Source: an uncultured Acidobacteriota bacterium (GTDB lineage Bacteria; Acidobacteriota; CAIWXX01). Taken from it: DNA of 64,000 nucleotides. Shown piece by piece: positions 9,312 to 18,057 of this stretch. Position 1 is the first letter of the stretch. Every line of letters starts with the position of its first letter. A model generated the notes under the pieces. That model did not search any database. It saw nothing but the letters and a program-made list of their open reading frames with translations, and was not told the origin of the DNA. Made by a program: the position numbers and the translations under genes. The stretch spans positions 974 through 64,973 of the forward strand of contig CAIWXX010000003.1 in NCBI GenBank assembly GCA_903916735.1. The letters are read 5' to 3'.

Positions 9312-9368
9312 TGGTTGTTATCTCTCGACGACTGCTCACTCTTGATGGCGATGGGTAAGGTTCATCCC

Positions 9369-10163
9369 ATGGCGATTCATCGCAAGCGATTGGATGACGT
9401 TCTCGTTGAACGTGGTCTGGCGCCGACTCGCGCGCGAGCGCGCGCACTGATCATGGCAGGCAAGGTCATGGTTGATGAACGCCGTGAGGACAAAGCCGGG
9501 CATGCCTGCCCGACGAATGCCGTGATCGGGCTGATCGAGCCTGATCATCCCTATGTCAGCCGGGGAGGCGTCAAGCTTGCCGGCGCACTCGACACCTTTC
9601 GATGTGATGTCGCGGGGCTCGTTTGTGCGGACATCGGAACATCGACAGGCGGCTTTGTCGATTGTCTGCTCCAACGCGGCGCCCGCCGTGTTTATGCCGT
9701 CGACACGGGTAACGTCATCGATTCCCGCTTGCGAACCGATGAGAGGGTGATCTACCTGCACGACACGAATGCTCGTTATCTCGCACCGGATCACTTCGGC
9801 CGGGAGATTGATGTGATCACAATGGACGTCTCGTTCATCTCGGCGACAAAGATAATTCCCGCATTGATCCCGCTTCTCGCACCACGAGGCCGGATGATCA
9901 TTCTCGTGAAGCCGCAATTTGAAGCGGGCCGTCCCGACGTTGGAAAAGGCGGCATTGTACGAGATCCGAGCGTCCTGTGCCGGGTCCTTGAGGATGTTGC
10001 GCGATCGGCCGAGCAGATGGGCCTTCTCATCGAGGAGATATGCGAAAGTCCGATCACTGGAATGGACGGCAACCGTGAGTTCTTCTTAATGATCGGCAAG
10101 GATTCAACCATGATCGGTCAGGCCTGCGTGACTGATCGAATTCGGGCGCTCTTTGATAGTTGA
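9369..10163 (+). CDS. tlyA: TlyA-family rRNA 2'-O-methyltransferase
   Basis: S4 domain KRLDDVLVERGL, YVSRGGVKL, DIGTSTGGF, DVSFIS, LVKPQFE. Confidence 0.95.
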   Translation: MAIHRKRLDDVLVERGLAPTRARARALIMAGKVMVDERREDKAGHACPTNAVIGLIEPDHPYVSRGGVKLAGALDTFRCDVAGLVCADIGTSTGGFVDCLLQRGARRVYAVDTGNVIDSRLRTDERVIYLHDTNARYLAPDHFGREIDVITMDVSFISATKIIPALIPLLAPRGRMIILVKPQFEAGRPDVGKGGIVRDPSVLCRVLEDVARSAEQMGLLIEEICESPITGMDGNREFFLMIGKDSTMIGQACVTDRIRALFDS

Positions 10164-10243
10164 AAGAGAAGATTCGAGCAGATAGACTCGATCCGTAGCC
10201 AGGCACCAGCGGCACAAATTTTCGGCGGCATCGGAACAAGAAA

Positions 10244-11149
10244 GTGAAAAAAGTGAGTTCCACTGTACAGACAGAAGCGGCTCGCGAGAAAATCCCGCTC
10301 TTTCGGGAAGTGAAATGTGTGGGCATCTTGATAAAGCCTCACGCCGAAAAGGCGGAGCACGCTCTCGGGAGGCTCTTGCCGTGGCTCAAGAGCCGCGGCT
10401 TGATGGTGCTGCTTGATGCCGGTTGTTCTCGAGTCCTCGGGCAAGATCATGGTTGCACGCCTGAGGAGCTTGCGGCACGATCGCAACTTCTCATCGTCCT
10501 TGGCGGAGATGGAACGCTGCTCGGAGCGGCCCGGCATGCCGCTCTCCAGGATGTGCCGGTCCTCGGCGTTAATCTCGGAAGCCTCGGCTTCATGACCGAG
10601 GTGACGCTCGAAGAGATGGAGGAGACGCTTGAGGCATTCGAGCGCGGTGAATGTAGTGTTCGCCGCCGAATGATGCTTCAGGTAAATGTCGATGATGCCA
10701 CGCACTTTGTCCTGAACGACGCGGTTCTGCACAAATCGGTTCTGGCGAGGATCATTGAGATCGACGTCACGCTGGATGGTCATTTCATGTCGCGGTTCCT
10801 CGCCGATGGACTCATTCTCTCAACGCCGACCGGGTCCACGGCCTATTCACTGGCGGCCGGCGGTCCGATTCTCGCCCCGGAACTTTCGACGATTCTCCTG
10901 ACGCCCATCTGCCCTCACACGCTCACTCACAGGCCGCTTGTCCTGCCGGGAGAATCACATCTCGACCTGATGCTTAAAACCGAGAGCGCAGATGTCTATT
11001 TGACGCTCGATGGGCAGCGAGGCTTGTCGATTGCCGCCGGGCATTTGATCACGGTGACACGCGCCGGCTGTACTCTGTCATTGGTTCAGGCTGCCCGCAA
11101 AAATCATTTCGATGTCCTCCGGCGTACGCTCAAGTGGGGGGAACGCTGA
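10244..11149 (+). CDS. nadK: NAD(+) kinase
   Basis: LGGDGT, NLGSLGF, LND, DGLILSTPTGSTAYSLAAGGP. Confidence 0.97.
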   Translation: MKKVSSTVQTEAAREKIPLFREVKCVGILIKPHAEKAEHALGRLLPWLKSRGLMVLLDAGCSRVLGQDHGCTPEELAARSQLLIVLGGDGTLLGAARHAALQDVPVLGVNLGSLGFMTEVTLEEMEETLEAFERGECSVRRRMMLQVNVDDATHFVLNDAVLHKSVLARIIEIDVTLDGHFMSRFLADGLILSTPTGSTAYSLAAGGPILAPELSTILLTPICPHTLTHRPLVLPGESHLDLMLKTESADVYLTLDGQRGLSIAAGHLITVTRAGCTLSLVQAARKNHFDVLRRTLKWGER

Positions 11150-11198
11150 TGAACGCGGAGAAGTGGCTCCATCGACATCATGGGGCGCCTGGAGGGGT

Positions 11199-12260
11199 AT
11201 GGGCTTCTTGAAAGACAAGGTGACGATCAGCCGCGTTGTCCCGCGGTATGCGGTGCCAGGAGGGCGCGTGACGATCATGGGGCACGGGCTCGACGGGCGG
11301 CTCGGCAACTCCTCCGACATTCTTCTCAATGGAGTGCCGTCCCATGTAACCTGTGCCACCAACAAGACACTGGTGGTGATAGTACCCGATGGGCTTTCGG
11401 GTCAGGTGACCAACATGACGCTGGGGGATGACAATTACTCCATCCCTGAATTTGAGGTTGCCCATGTCCTCGCCGCCGGTATCCATGCTGTTGACAGCCC
11501 TGTCGTCGATCGTCAAGGCAATGTTTATACGACGCTGAGCGGGACGAGAGGCGAAAAAAGTCCGGTTTCTGTTTTTCGAATTAAGCCCGATGGGGCCATC
11601 GATACTTATGTGACCGATATTATGAACGCCACCTCATTGGCCTTCGGCCCGGATGAAGCGCTCTATGTATCGAGTCGATTCAACGGCACCATTTATCGGA
11701 TTTCGGCACCAGGCGATGTTTCGGTATATGCCGAAGGACTCGGCACGGCCACCGGTATCGCGTTTGATCCCAAAGGGAATCTGGTCGTCGGTGATCGCAC
11801 AGGCACTCTCTTCGTCGTGGCCCCTGATCGCACGGTCGAGCCTCTGCTCAACATCCCACCCTCTGTTGCAGCTTTTCACCTCTGCTTCGGCCCTGATGGC
11901 TCCCTCTACATAACCAATCCCGATATTTCCACGTACGATTCGATCCTGCGTGTCCCTCAGGGTTCGACAGAAGTGCAGGAGTTTTATCCGGGCATCAAGA
12001 GACCGCAGGGGATGGCCTTCGATGTCAATGGAAACCTCTACGTCGCCAAGGCGATGGCTGGAGACAGCGGCGTCCTCCGTATCTCGCCCGACGGCAAGGC
12101 TTCAATGATTGTCTCTGGTCCTGTTCTTGTTGGAGTCGTTTTTGATCCAGCCGGGGATATCATTGTCGCCGGCACTGAAATGCTTTACAGGCTCGAGGTT
12201 GGAGTTCATGGAATGCCGCCTGCCTTGACTTCGGTAATATCAACACCTAAGATCAAGTAA
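11199..12260 (+). CDS. IPT/TIG plus NHL/SMP-30-like beta-propeller protein
   Basis: N-terminal ISRVVP..AVPGGRVTIMG (IPT); repeated G.AFD..GNLYV blades; GGAGG RBS. Confidence 0.8.
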   Translation: MGFLKDKVTISRVVPRYAVPGGRVTIMGHGLDGRLGNSSDILLNGVPSHVTCATNKTLVVIVPDGLSGQVTNMTLGDDNYSIPEFEVAHVLAAGIHAVDSPVVDRQGNVYTTLSGTRGEKSPVSVFRIKPDGAIDTYVTDIMNATSLAFGPDEALYVSSRFNGTIYRISAPGDVSVYAEGLGTATGIAFDPKGNLVVGDRTGTLFVVAPDRTVEPLLNIPPSVAAFHLCFGPDGSLYITNPDISTYDSILRVPQGSTEVQEFYPGIKRPQGMAFDVNGNLYVAKAMAGDSGVLRISPDGKASMIVSGPVLVGVVFDPAGDIIVAGTEMLYRLEVGVHGMPPALTSVISTPKIK

Positions 12261-12287
12261 TAATGCGTCTTGGAGGATGATTCCGTC

Positions 12288-12701
12288 ATGGGAACGGTGA
12301 ATAAGGTAATTTTGCTGGGCAACCTCGGCCAGGATCCCGAGATCAGGTACACGCAAGCCGGTACGCCTGTCGCCAACTTGAACATTGCAACAAACGAACG
12401 TATCAGGAAACGTGACGGCAGCGTCATTGAAACGACAACATGGCACCGAGTGGTCCTCTTCGGCAGGATGGCGGAGATCGCCAAGGAGAACCTCGCGAAG
12501 GGCAAGAAAGTTTATATCGAGGGGCGCATCAGCACTCGCGAGTACCTCGATAAAGAAAATATTAAACGCCTTAATTTTGAAGTCATCGCCAACGAGCTCA
12601 AGCTTGTGGCTCCGAGAAACAACCACCGGCCGGGCCATGGCGATCAGATTGACCATTTCGAAGCCGATCTGGATGTTTCGGCTGAGGATTTTGAAGGGTA
12701 G
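12288..12701 (+). CDS. ssb: Single-stranded DNA-binding protein with atypical C-terminal tail
   Basis: VNKVILLGNLGQDPEIRYT, TTWHRVVLFG, KGKKVYIEG. Confidence 0.93.
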   Translation: MGTVNKVILLGNLGQDPEIRYTQAGTPVANLNIATNERIRKRDGSVIETTTWHRVVLFGRMAEIAKENLAKGKKVYIEGRISTREYLDKENIKRLNFEVIANELKLVAPRNNHRPGHGDQIDHFEADLDVSAEDFEG

Positions 12702-12706
12702 AGTCA

Positions 12707-13555
12707 ATGTCCTCCTCCCGTTCTTCAGATGAAGCGCGGGTCCGGAAAGCTGCAGTCGCCGGATCATTTTATCCGTCGACGACGAGCTCGCTGAGATCCA
12801 TGGTTCAGCGATATCTCCAGCAAGCCGCGTCTGATTGGCAGGGCAAGCCGCGAATGCTGATCGTACCGCACGCGGGCTACATCTATTCCGGCTGGGTCGC
12901 GGCATACGCCTACAACTTATTGAAGGGACGGAAGATCACAACGGTCGTCATGATCGGGCCTGCTCACTATCCGACATCGCATCATGGGTACTCGATGTAT
13001 GTCGATGGGGCATTTGAGACGCCACTGGGTAGGGTTTCCATTGATTCATCCTTAGCGCAAAAGTTGCTCGATGATGATGCCGACTTTGCCGACCGGCCTG
13101 AAAGCCATCGCCTTGAGCACTGTCTCGAGGTGCAAATGCCATTCCTTCAAGAAATGCTGACGGATTTTCGCATCGTTCCGATTCTTATGCGGGATCAGGG
13201 AATGCACCGCTGCCGAAGGCTTGCTGAAGCGCTCGCTGATGTCTGGTTCGATGAACTGTTGCTGGTTGCCTCGACGGATCTATCGCACTATCATCCGAAG
13301 AAAGTTGCAGCACTTCTCGACGAGAAAGTGGAACGATACATCGAAGCCGTGGATCCTGATGGGCTGCAGAACGCAATCGCTTCAGGAGAAGCCGAGATGT
13401 GCGGCGGGGGTCCGGCTGTCGTGGCGTTGCTGGCAGCGAAGAAACTCGGTTTCACTGAAGCGCGTGTTCTCCGGCGTGCGGACTCTTCGGATTCGCCCGA
13501 CGGTCATGCCGGGCCTGCGGAGGTTGTTGGGTATCTTTCGGCGGTGATCGGCTAA
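12707..13555 (+). CDS. amrB: MEMO1-family protein (AmmeMemoRadiSam system protein B)
   Basis: RKAAVAGSFYP, IVPHAGYIYSG, EHCLEVQMPFLQ, STDLSHY, MCGGGP, VVGY. Confidence 0.92.
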   Translation: MSSSRSSDEARVRKAAVAGSFYPSTTSSLRSMVQRYLQQAASDWQGKPRMLIVPHAGYIYSGWVAAYAYNLLKGRKITTVVMIGPAHYPTSHHGYSMYVDGAFETPLGRVSIDSSLAQKLLDDDADFADRPESHRLEHCLEVQMPFLQEMLTDFRIVPILMRDQGMHRCRRLAEALADVWFDELLLVASTDLSHYHPKKVAALLDEKVERYIEAVDPDGLQNAIASGEAEMCGGGPAVVALLAAKKLGFTEARVLRRADSSDSPDGHAGPAEVVGYLSAVIG

Positions 13556-13781
13556 TGTTGTGGAGTGCTCTGACGAGCTGTTATCATTGCGGTTTTGGTG
13601 CGAGATTGTTGCAATGCCGTCGACCTGATTTCATACCCTCGCCCTCGAATAAAGTGCGAAAGGAAAGAGAAAAATTTGGTTGATATAAAGACGAGGCCGT
13701 GAGGCTGACGGTTTCAAATGCTCGCTATTAAAATCCTTTCGTCAGTAAACTGGAGCCGATCAAGGCCCATTCTCTGTATGT

Positions 13782-13811
13782 TTGACCTATAACCTCAGCG
13801 CATGTTAAACT
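13782..13811 (+). promoter_or_regulatory. sigma70-like promoter (extended -10)
   Basis: TTGACC-18-TAAACT, with TGn before the -10. Confidence 0.45.
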
Positions 13812-13833
13812 TAGTCAGATTTCGGGGAGAATT

Positions 13834-14220
13834 ATGAATCAACCTGTAACATTGAGCCAGGTTTTTATTTTCGTTCTTTTGATCGCTGTGATCATTCTCA
13901 TTTACGATCTGAAGCAGACACTCGCTCAATTTCGCAAGACACTTGCCAAAGCCGATGAGGCTTTTGATGATTTGCGCGGGACCCTCAAAGATGCGCGTCA
14001 TATTGTGCGCCTCTTGAGGGAGCGAGCGGAGTCGCTTTCCAATACGGTCCAGGGGTTTGAACGCACGGCAGGGAAGCTCACAGCAGTTCTTGATCAGCTA
14101 TCGGACTTCATCTTGAAGCCGGTCATGATCATTGGTAGCGTCGTGGGAGGTATCAAAACCGCCCTCAATTTTTTTAGAAGAAAGAAACAAGGAGGAAAAA
14201 ACGATGTCGAAGGAGAATAA
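13834..14220 (+). CDS. DUF948/YoxC-like membrane-anchored coiled-coil protein
   Basis: N-terminal TM followed by an amphipathic coiled coil; lies upstream of YtxH as in known YtxG/YtxH pairs. Confidence 0.7.
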   Translation: MNQPVTLSQVFIFVLLIAVIILIYDLKQTLAQFRKTLAKADEAFDDLRGTLKDARHIVRLLRERAESLSNTVQGFERTAGKLTAVLDQLSDFILKPVMIIGSVVGGIKTALNFFRRKKQGGKNDVEGE

Positions 14221-14530
14221 GGGTGCAACATCCATTGAAGTAACGCTCGCTTTCCTTCTCGGAGGTGTCGTCGGAGCCGGCCTTGCTCTGCTCTTCGCAC
14301 CTGCGTCCGGCGCGGAAACGAGGAAGAAGCTTCGTGAGACGGGCGATGTGCTCCATTCGAAGCTCCATGAGAGCACCGGTGAATGGAAAGAAACGGTTAC
14401 CGGATCACTCGATAAAGCACGTGAGAGCGTCAAGACATTCGTCGATGACAAGAAGGTACGAACACAGGCGGCCTACAGCGCGGCCAAGGACGCCTGGCAG
14501 AAGCCGTCGGAAACAGAAGGGCAGTCTTAA
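14204..14530 (+). CDS. YtxH domain protein
   Basis: AFLLGGVVGAGLALLFAPASGAETRKKL; AGGAGG RBS. Confidence 0.9.
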   Translation: MSKENKGATSIEVTLAFLLGGVVGAGLALLFAPASGAETRKKLRETGDVLHSKLHESTGEWKETVTGSLDKARESVKTFVDDKKVRTQAAYSAAKDAWQKPSETEGQS

Positions 14531-14644
14531 TCAATTCATGACCGCCGCGGTCCGGACGGTGCGGACCGGCTAGCTCGTCAAGCTGGAGGGCCTCGCCGTT
14601 CGGGCCAACAAGATGGACCGAGAGGGAATCCAGAGGGGAGAACG

Positions 14645-15865
14645 ATGAAGGAATCTCTCGCCGTGCTCCTTGCCGGGGGCGCGGGTGAACGCCTGCATCC
14701 TCTCACGCAGAATCGAGCCAAGCCGGCGGTCTATTTCGGTGGCATTTATCGAATCATCGATTTCACCCTCTCGAACTGCATCAATAGCGATCTCCGCCGC
14801 ATCTTCATCCTGACGCAATACAAATCACTCTCTCTCGAGAGGCACTTGCGGCTGGGCTGGGGCCTGATGTCGGGGGAGTTGGGTGAGTTCATCGAGGTTC
14901 TCTCGCCTCAGAAGCGCGTGAGTGAAAACTGGTACCTTGGCACTGCTGATGCTGTTTATCAAAACCTGTATTCGATTCGCCGTTTGAAGCCGCACAATGT
15001 CTTTGTCCTCTCAGGGGATCACATTTACAAAATGGATTATTCGCTGATGCTTGAGCATCACAGGAATCTCAATGCAGATGTGACCATTGCCGCCATCGAG
15101 TTCCCTCTGGCAGAGGCCGGCCGTTTCGGGATTCTCGATGTGAATTCGAACCAGATTGTGACCGGCTTCCAAGAGAAGCCGGAACACCCAACTCCTCTTG
15201 CGCCCGGCTCCGATCTGGCCTTCGTCAACATGGGGGTCTATCTCTTCAATTACGAGGTTCTCATTGACGAATTGATGAGGGATGCACATGACGATCGCAG
15301 TGCGCATGACTTTGGTCGCAACATCATTCCATCGCTTCTGGGCCGGTACAAGATCGCGATGTACAATTTTAGGGATGAGAATAAAAAGGAGGCCAAGTAT
15401 TGGAGGGATATCGGGACGATCGATGCCTATTATGAAGCGAACATGGACCTCGTGTCGGTCGATCCCTTTTTCAACCTTTATGATCCGGCATGGCCTCTTC
15501 GCACCTATCAACTGCAATACCCGCCGGCCAAATTTGTTTTTGCAGATGAGGGAGTCCGGATGGGAGTCGCCCTCGATTCGATCGTCTCACAAGGATGCAT
15601 CATCAGCGGCGGAAGGGTTCTCAACTCGATCCTGTGCCCCAACGTCAGGATTAACAGCTACTCCACGGTTGACCGCTCGATTCTGATGCCCGGAGTCAAT
15701 ATCGGCCGGTATTCACAAATTCGAAAAGCCATCATCGATCGGAGTGTGCAGATCCCGGAGAGGACGATCATTGGGTTTGATCCAGATGCTGATGCCGCTC
15801 GGTTCACCCGAACTCCCGGTGGAATCACAATCGTGGCATCGGATGGCGATATTCAGAATCAATGA
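14645..15865 (+). CDS. glgC: Glucose-1-phosphate adenylyltransferase
   Basis: LAGGAGERLHPLT..RAKPAV.FGG.YRIIDF.LSNC, WYLGTADAV, FQEKP, YWRDIGT. Confidence 0.97.
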   Translation: MKESLAVLLAGGAGERLHPLTQNRAKPAVYFGGIYRIIDFTLSNCINSDLRRIFILTQYKSLSLERHLRLGWGLMSGELGEFIEVLSPQKRVSENWYLGTADAVYQNLYSIRRLKPHNVFVLSGDHIYKMDYSLMLEHHRNLNADVTIAAIEFPLAEAGRFGILDVNSNQIVTGFQEKPEHPTPLAPGSDLAFVNMGVYLFNYEVLIDELMRDAHDDRSAHDFGRNIIPSLLGRYKIAMYNFRDENKKEAKYWRDIGTIDAYYEANMDLVSVDPFFNLYDPAWPLRTYQLQYPPAKFVFADEGVRMGVALDSIVSQGCIISGGRVLNSILCPNVRINSYSTVDRSILMPGVNIGRYSQIRKAIIDRSVQIPERTIIGFDPDADAARFTRTPGGITIVASDGDIQNQ

Positions 15866-17901
15866 TTCTGAATCCGCGTGGCTTATGGCGCCATAAAGTG
15901 ACACACGCCCCGGTGAACACACCATTGCCGCAGGAGTCTGAAAAGCGTAAAGGACTCGATGCGCCATCCGAGAAAAGTGAAGCGGGGTCGACCGTCGAAG
16001 GCGTCCCAACAGACCGTCATTTGCGGCCGAGAACAGGCCCGATGCTCCGGACAATTGGCCGTCTGCGTTTGGGGCTGCGTGGTCGATTCATATTGTATAG
16101 CTCGATGCTTGTTGTCGCTGTCGTTGTCTTTATCGCGGTCATCCTGGAGCGGCGGCAGAAGGAGTTTATTTACGCGCAGTTTGAAGCGCGAGGCATCGCC
16201 ATCGCCCGGATCACAGCATCATTGGCATCTCCGGCGTTTGTTTCGAACGATAGAATCGGCCTGATGCAAATTGCGGAACAGATGAAAGATCAAGCCGGGC
16301 TCGACTATGCTCTGCTTCTGACACCGGAGGGAACCGTACTGGCGGTTGCCGGACCCGGCGGTCAATCGCTGGCAGGCCCTCTCCAATCAGTCACTCTTCC
16401 GTTGGCTCCGGGCGTGACGCACGCTCTGAAAGAAATTTCATATCAAGACCCTCGGACCGGCCGGCCGACTCCTGTGCTGGATATCACCGTGCCGGTTCTT
16501 TCCAGTGAGAATGAGAATGCACTTCGAGGGGTTGTCCGGATCGGGCTTTCTCTTGATGATATGTTTCGTGAGATCCGGAAGACTCGATTGCGACTACTCG
16601 GGCTTGGAGAGATTGCTCTGGCGCTGGCCATCGCCGGCTCGTATCTGCTCGGCAGGCGTATCTCGCTTCCGATCCAGAATCTCGTCAACGCCACGATACG
16701 CGCCGCCAAGGGCGACCTGCTGAGTCGGATCAAGATCCAATCGGGAGATGAAATCGGTGAGTTATCGAGGAACTTCAATTTCATGGTTGAACAGATACTT
16801 GTCAACCAGAAGAAGATTGAAGAGCTGAATCGGAATCTTGAACGAAAAGTGAAAATTCGCACGCAGGAATTGGAAAACAGCAATCATGCTCTCAAGAAGG
16901 CTTTCCAGGAGTTGAAACAGGCTGAGTCGCAGATGATCCATTCCGAAAAGATGGCGTCACTCGGACTGCTTGTCGCCGGTATCGCCCATGAGATCAACAC
17001 ACCGACGTCGGCGATCAACGCCGCCGCCGACAATTTGCGGTACCATATGGCGTCTGTCGGGAGCCTCATCCGTGCAATTGCGAATCTTCCCGAGGATTCT
17101 GCCGCCCAGTCAGCATTGCAGAAGCTTCTGAGCAAGGCCACTGATATGACGGAAGAGAGGCGAAGAACCAGCCTTGCGAGTGTGCGGGAAAAAAGTCGGT
17201 CGCTCGAAGAGCTCTTCTACAACCGGGGACTCGGAGATCAACGTGAACTATCGTTCTCGCTTGCACGGTTGGAGCTGGAAGAAGAGATGGTGGAGCTTCT
17301 GGATGCCCTTTCTCCCGAACACGTCGGCATGGTGATCCCTTTTGTGAAAAACGTCGCCACCATGGCGGCGTCCATGACGGATATCCGAGTCAGTGTTGGG
17401 GCGATCATTCGTATGGTCCGCGCACTCAAGGCCTATTCGCATCTGGAACAGGCTGAGGTGATGGATGTCAATATCCACGACGGCCTGGAAACGACCCTCA
17501 TCATTCTCCATAACCAGTTCAAATACGGCGTTGAGATTGAGCGTGCCTATGGCAATATTCCGTTGATTCGCGGGAACCCGTCAGAACTCAATCAGGTCTG
17601 GACCAACATCCTCTTGAACGCATTGCAGGCAATGAAGGGGAAAGGAAAAATAATGATCGAGACTCGGCAGAGTGATAGCTGGGTTTCGGTCCTGATGACG
17701 GACAACGGTCCCGGCATACCGCCTAAAATACTAGGCCGGATTTTCGATCCGTTTTTCACAACAAAGGATCAGGGCGAGGGCACCGGGTTGGGTCTCGCCA
17801 TCTGCCAGCAACTGGTAAGAAGAAACAGTGGAAAGATCAACGTTTCTTCCAGACCCGGGGAGACATGCTTCGAAGTCATGTTCCCGTTGCCTCAGCAATA
17901 G
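15862..17901 (+). CDS. Membrane sensor histidine kinase (TM-periplasmic domain-TM-HAMP-HisKA-HATPase); start may be 16042
   Basis: HAMP (DEIGELSRNFN), H-box GIAHEINTP, N-box NQVWTNILLNA, DNGPGIP, GTGLGL; ATG overlaps the glgC stop (ATGA). Confidence 0.92.
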   Translation: MILNPRGLWRHKVTHAPVNTPLPQESEKRKGLDAPSEKSEAGSTVEGVPTDRHLRPRTGPMLRTIGRLRLGLRGRFILYSSMLVVAVVVFIAVILERRQKEFIYAQFEARGIAIARITASLASPAFVSNDRIGLMQIAEQMKDQAGLDYALLLTPEGTVLAVAGPGGQSLAGPLQSVTLPLAPGVTHALKEISYQDPRTGRPTPVLDITVPVLSSENENALRGVVRIGLSLDDMFREIRKTRLRLLGLGEIALALAIAGSYLLGRRISLPIQNLVNATIRAAKGDLLSRIKIQSGDEIGELSRNFNFMVEQILVNQKKIEELNRNLERKVKIRTQELENSNHALKKAFQELKQAESQMIHSEKMASLGLLVAGIAHEINTPTSAINAAADNLRYHMASVGSLIRAIANLPEDSAAQSALQKLLSKATDMTEERRRTSLASVREKSRSLEELFYNRGLGDQRELSFSLARLELEEEMVELLDALSPEHVGMVIPFVKNVATMAASMTDIRVSVGAIIRMVRALKAYSHLEQAEVMDVNIHDGLETTLIILHNQFKYGVEIERAYGNIPLIRGNPSELNQVWTNILLNALQAMKGKGKIMIETRQSDSWVSVLMTDNGPGIPPKILGRIFDPFFTTKDQGEGTGLGLAICQQLVRRNSGKINVSSRPGETCFEVMFPLPQQ

Positions 17902-18057
17902 GGAGCCGGAAGGGGCATTGGAAATAATTCTGTCATGGCTCGATGGGGAATTCTGCATCGGGAATTCAATTCTCTTTGATGGGCGCTGATCGTCGATGAC
18001 AAAGTGGCCGTCCTGCTGTAGACTTATCCCACAGCATCCAAGGGGGGAACCACGGCG

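Noticed and set aside
13570..13661. Hammerhead-like CTGACGAG...CGAAA
   Set aside because: Only 2 bp of stem II can form, and I found no convincing stems I/III.
13555..13683. 42-aa ORF with CYHC overlapping the amrB stop
   Set aside because: No recognisable family, no second Cys pair, and composition consistent with chance.
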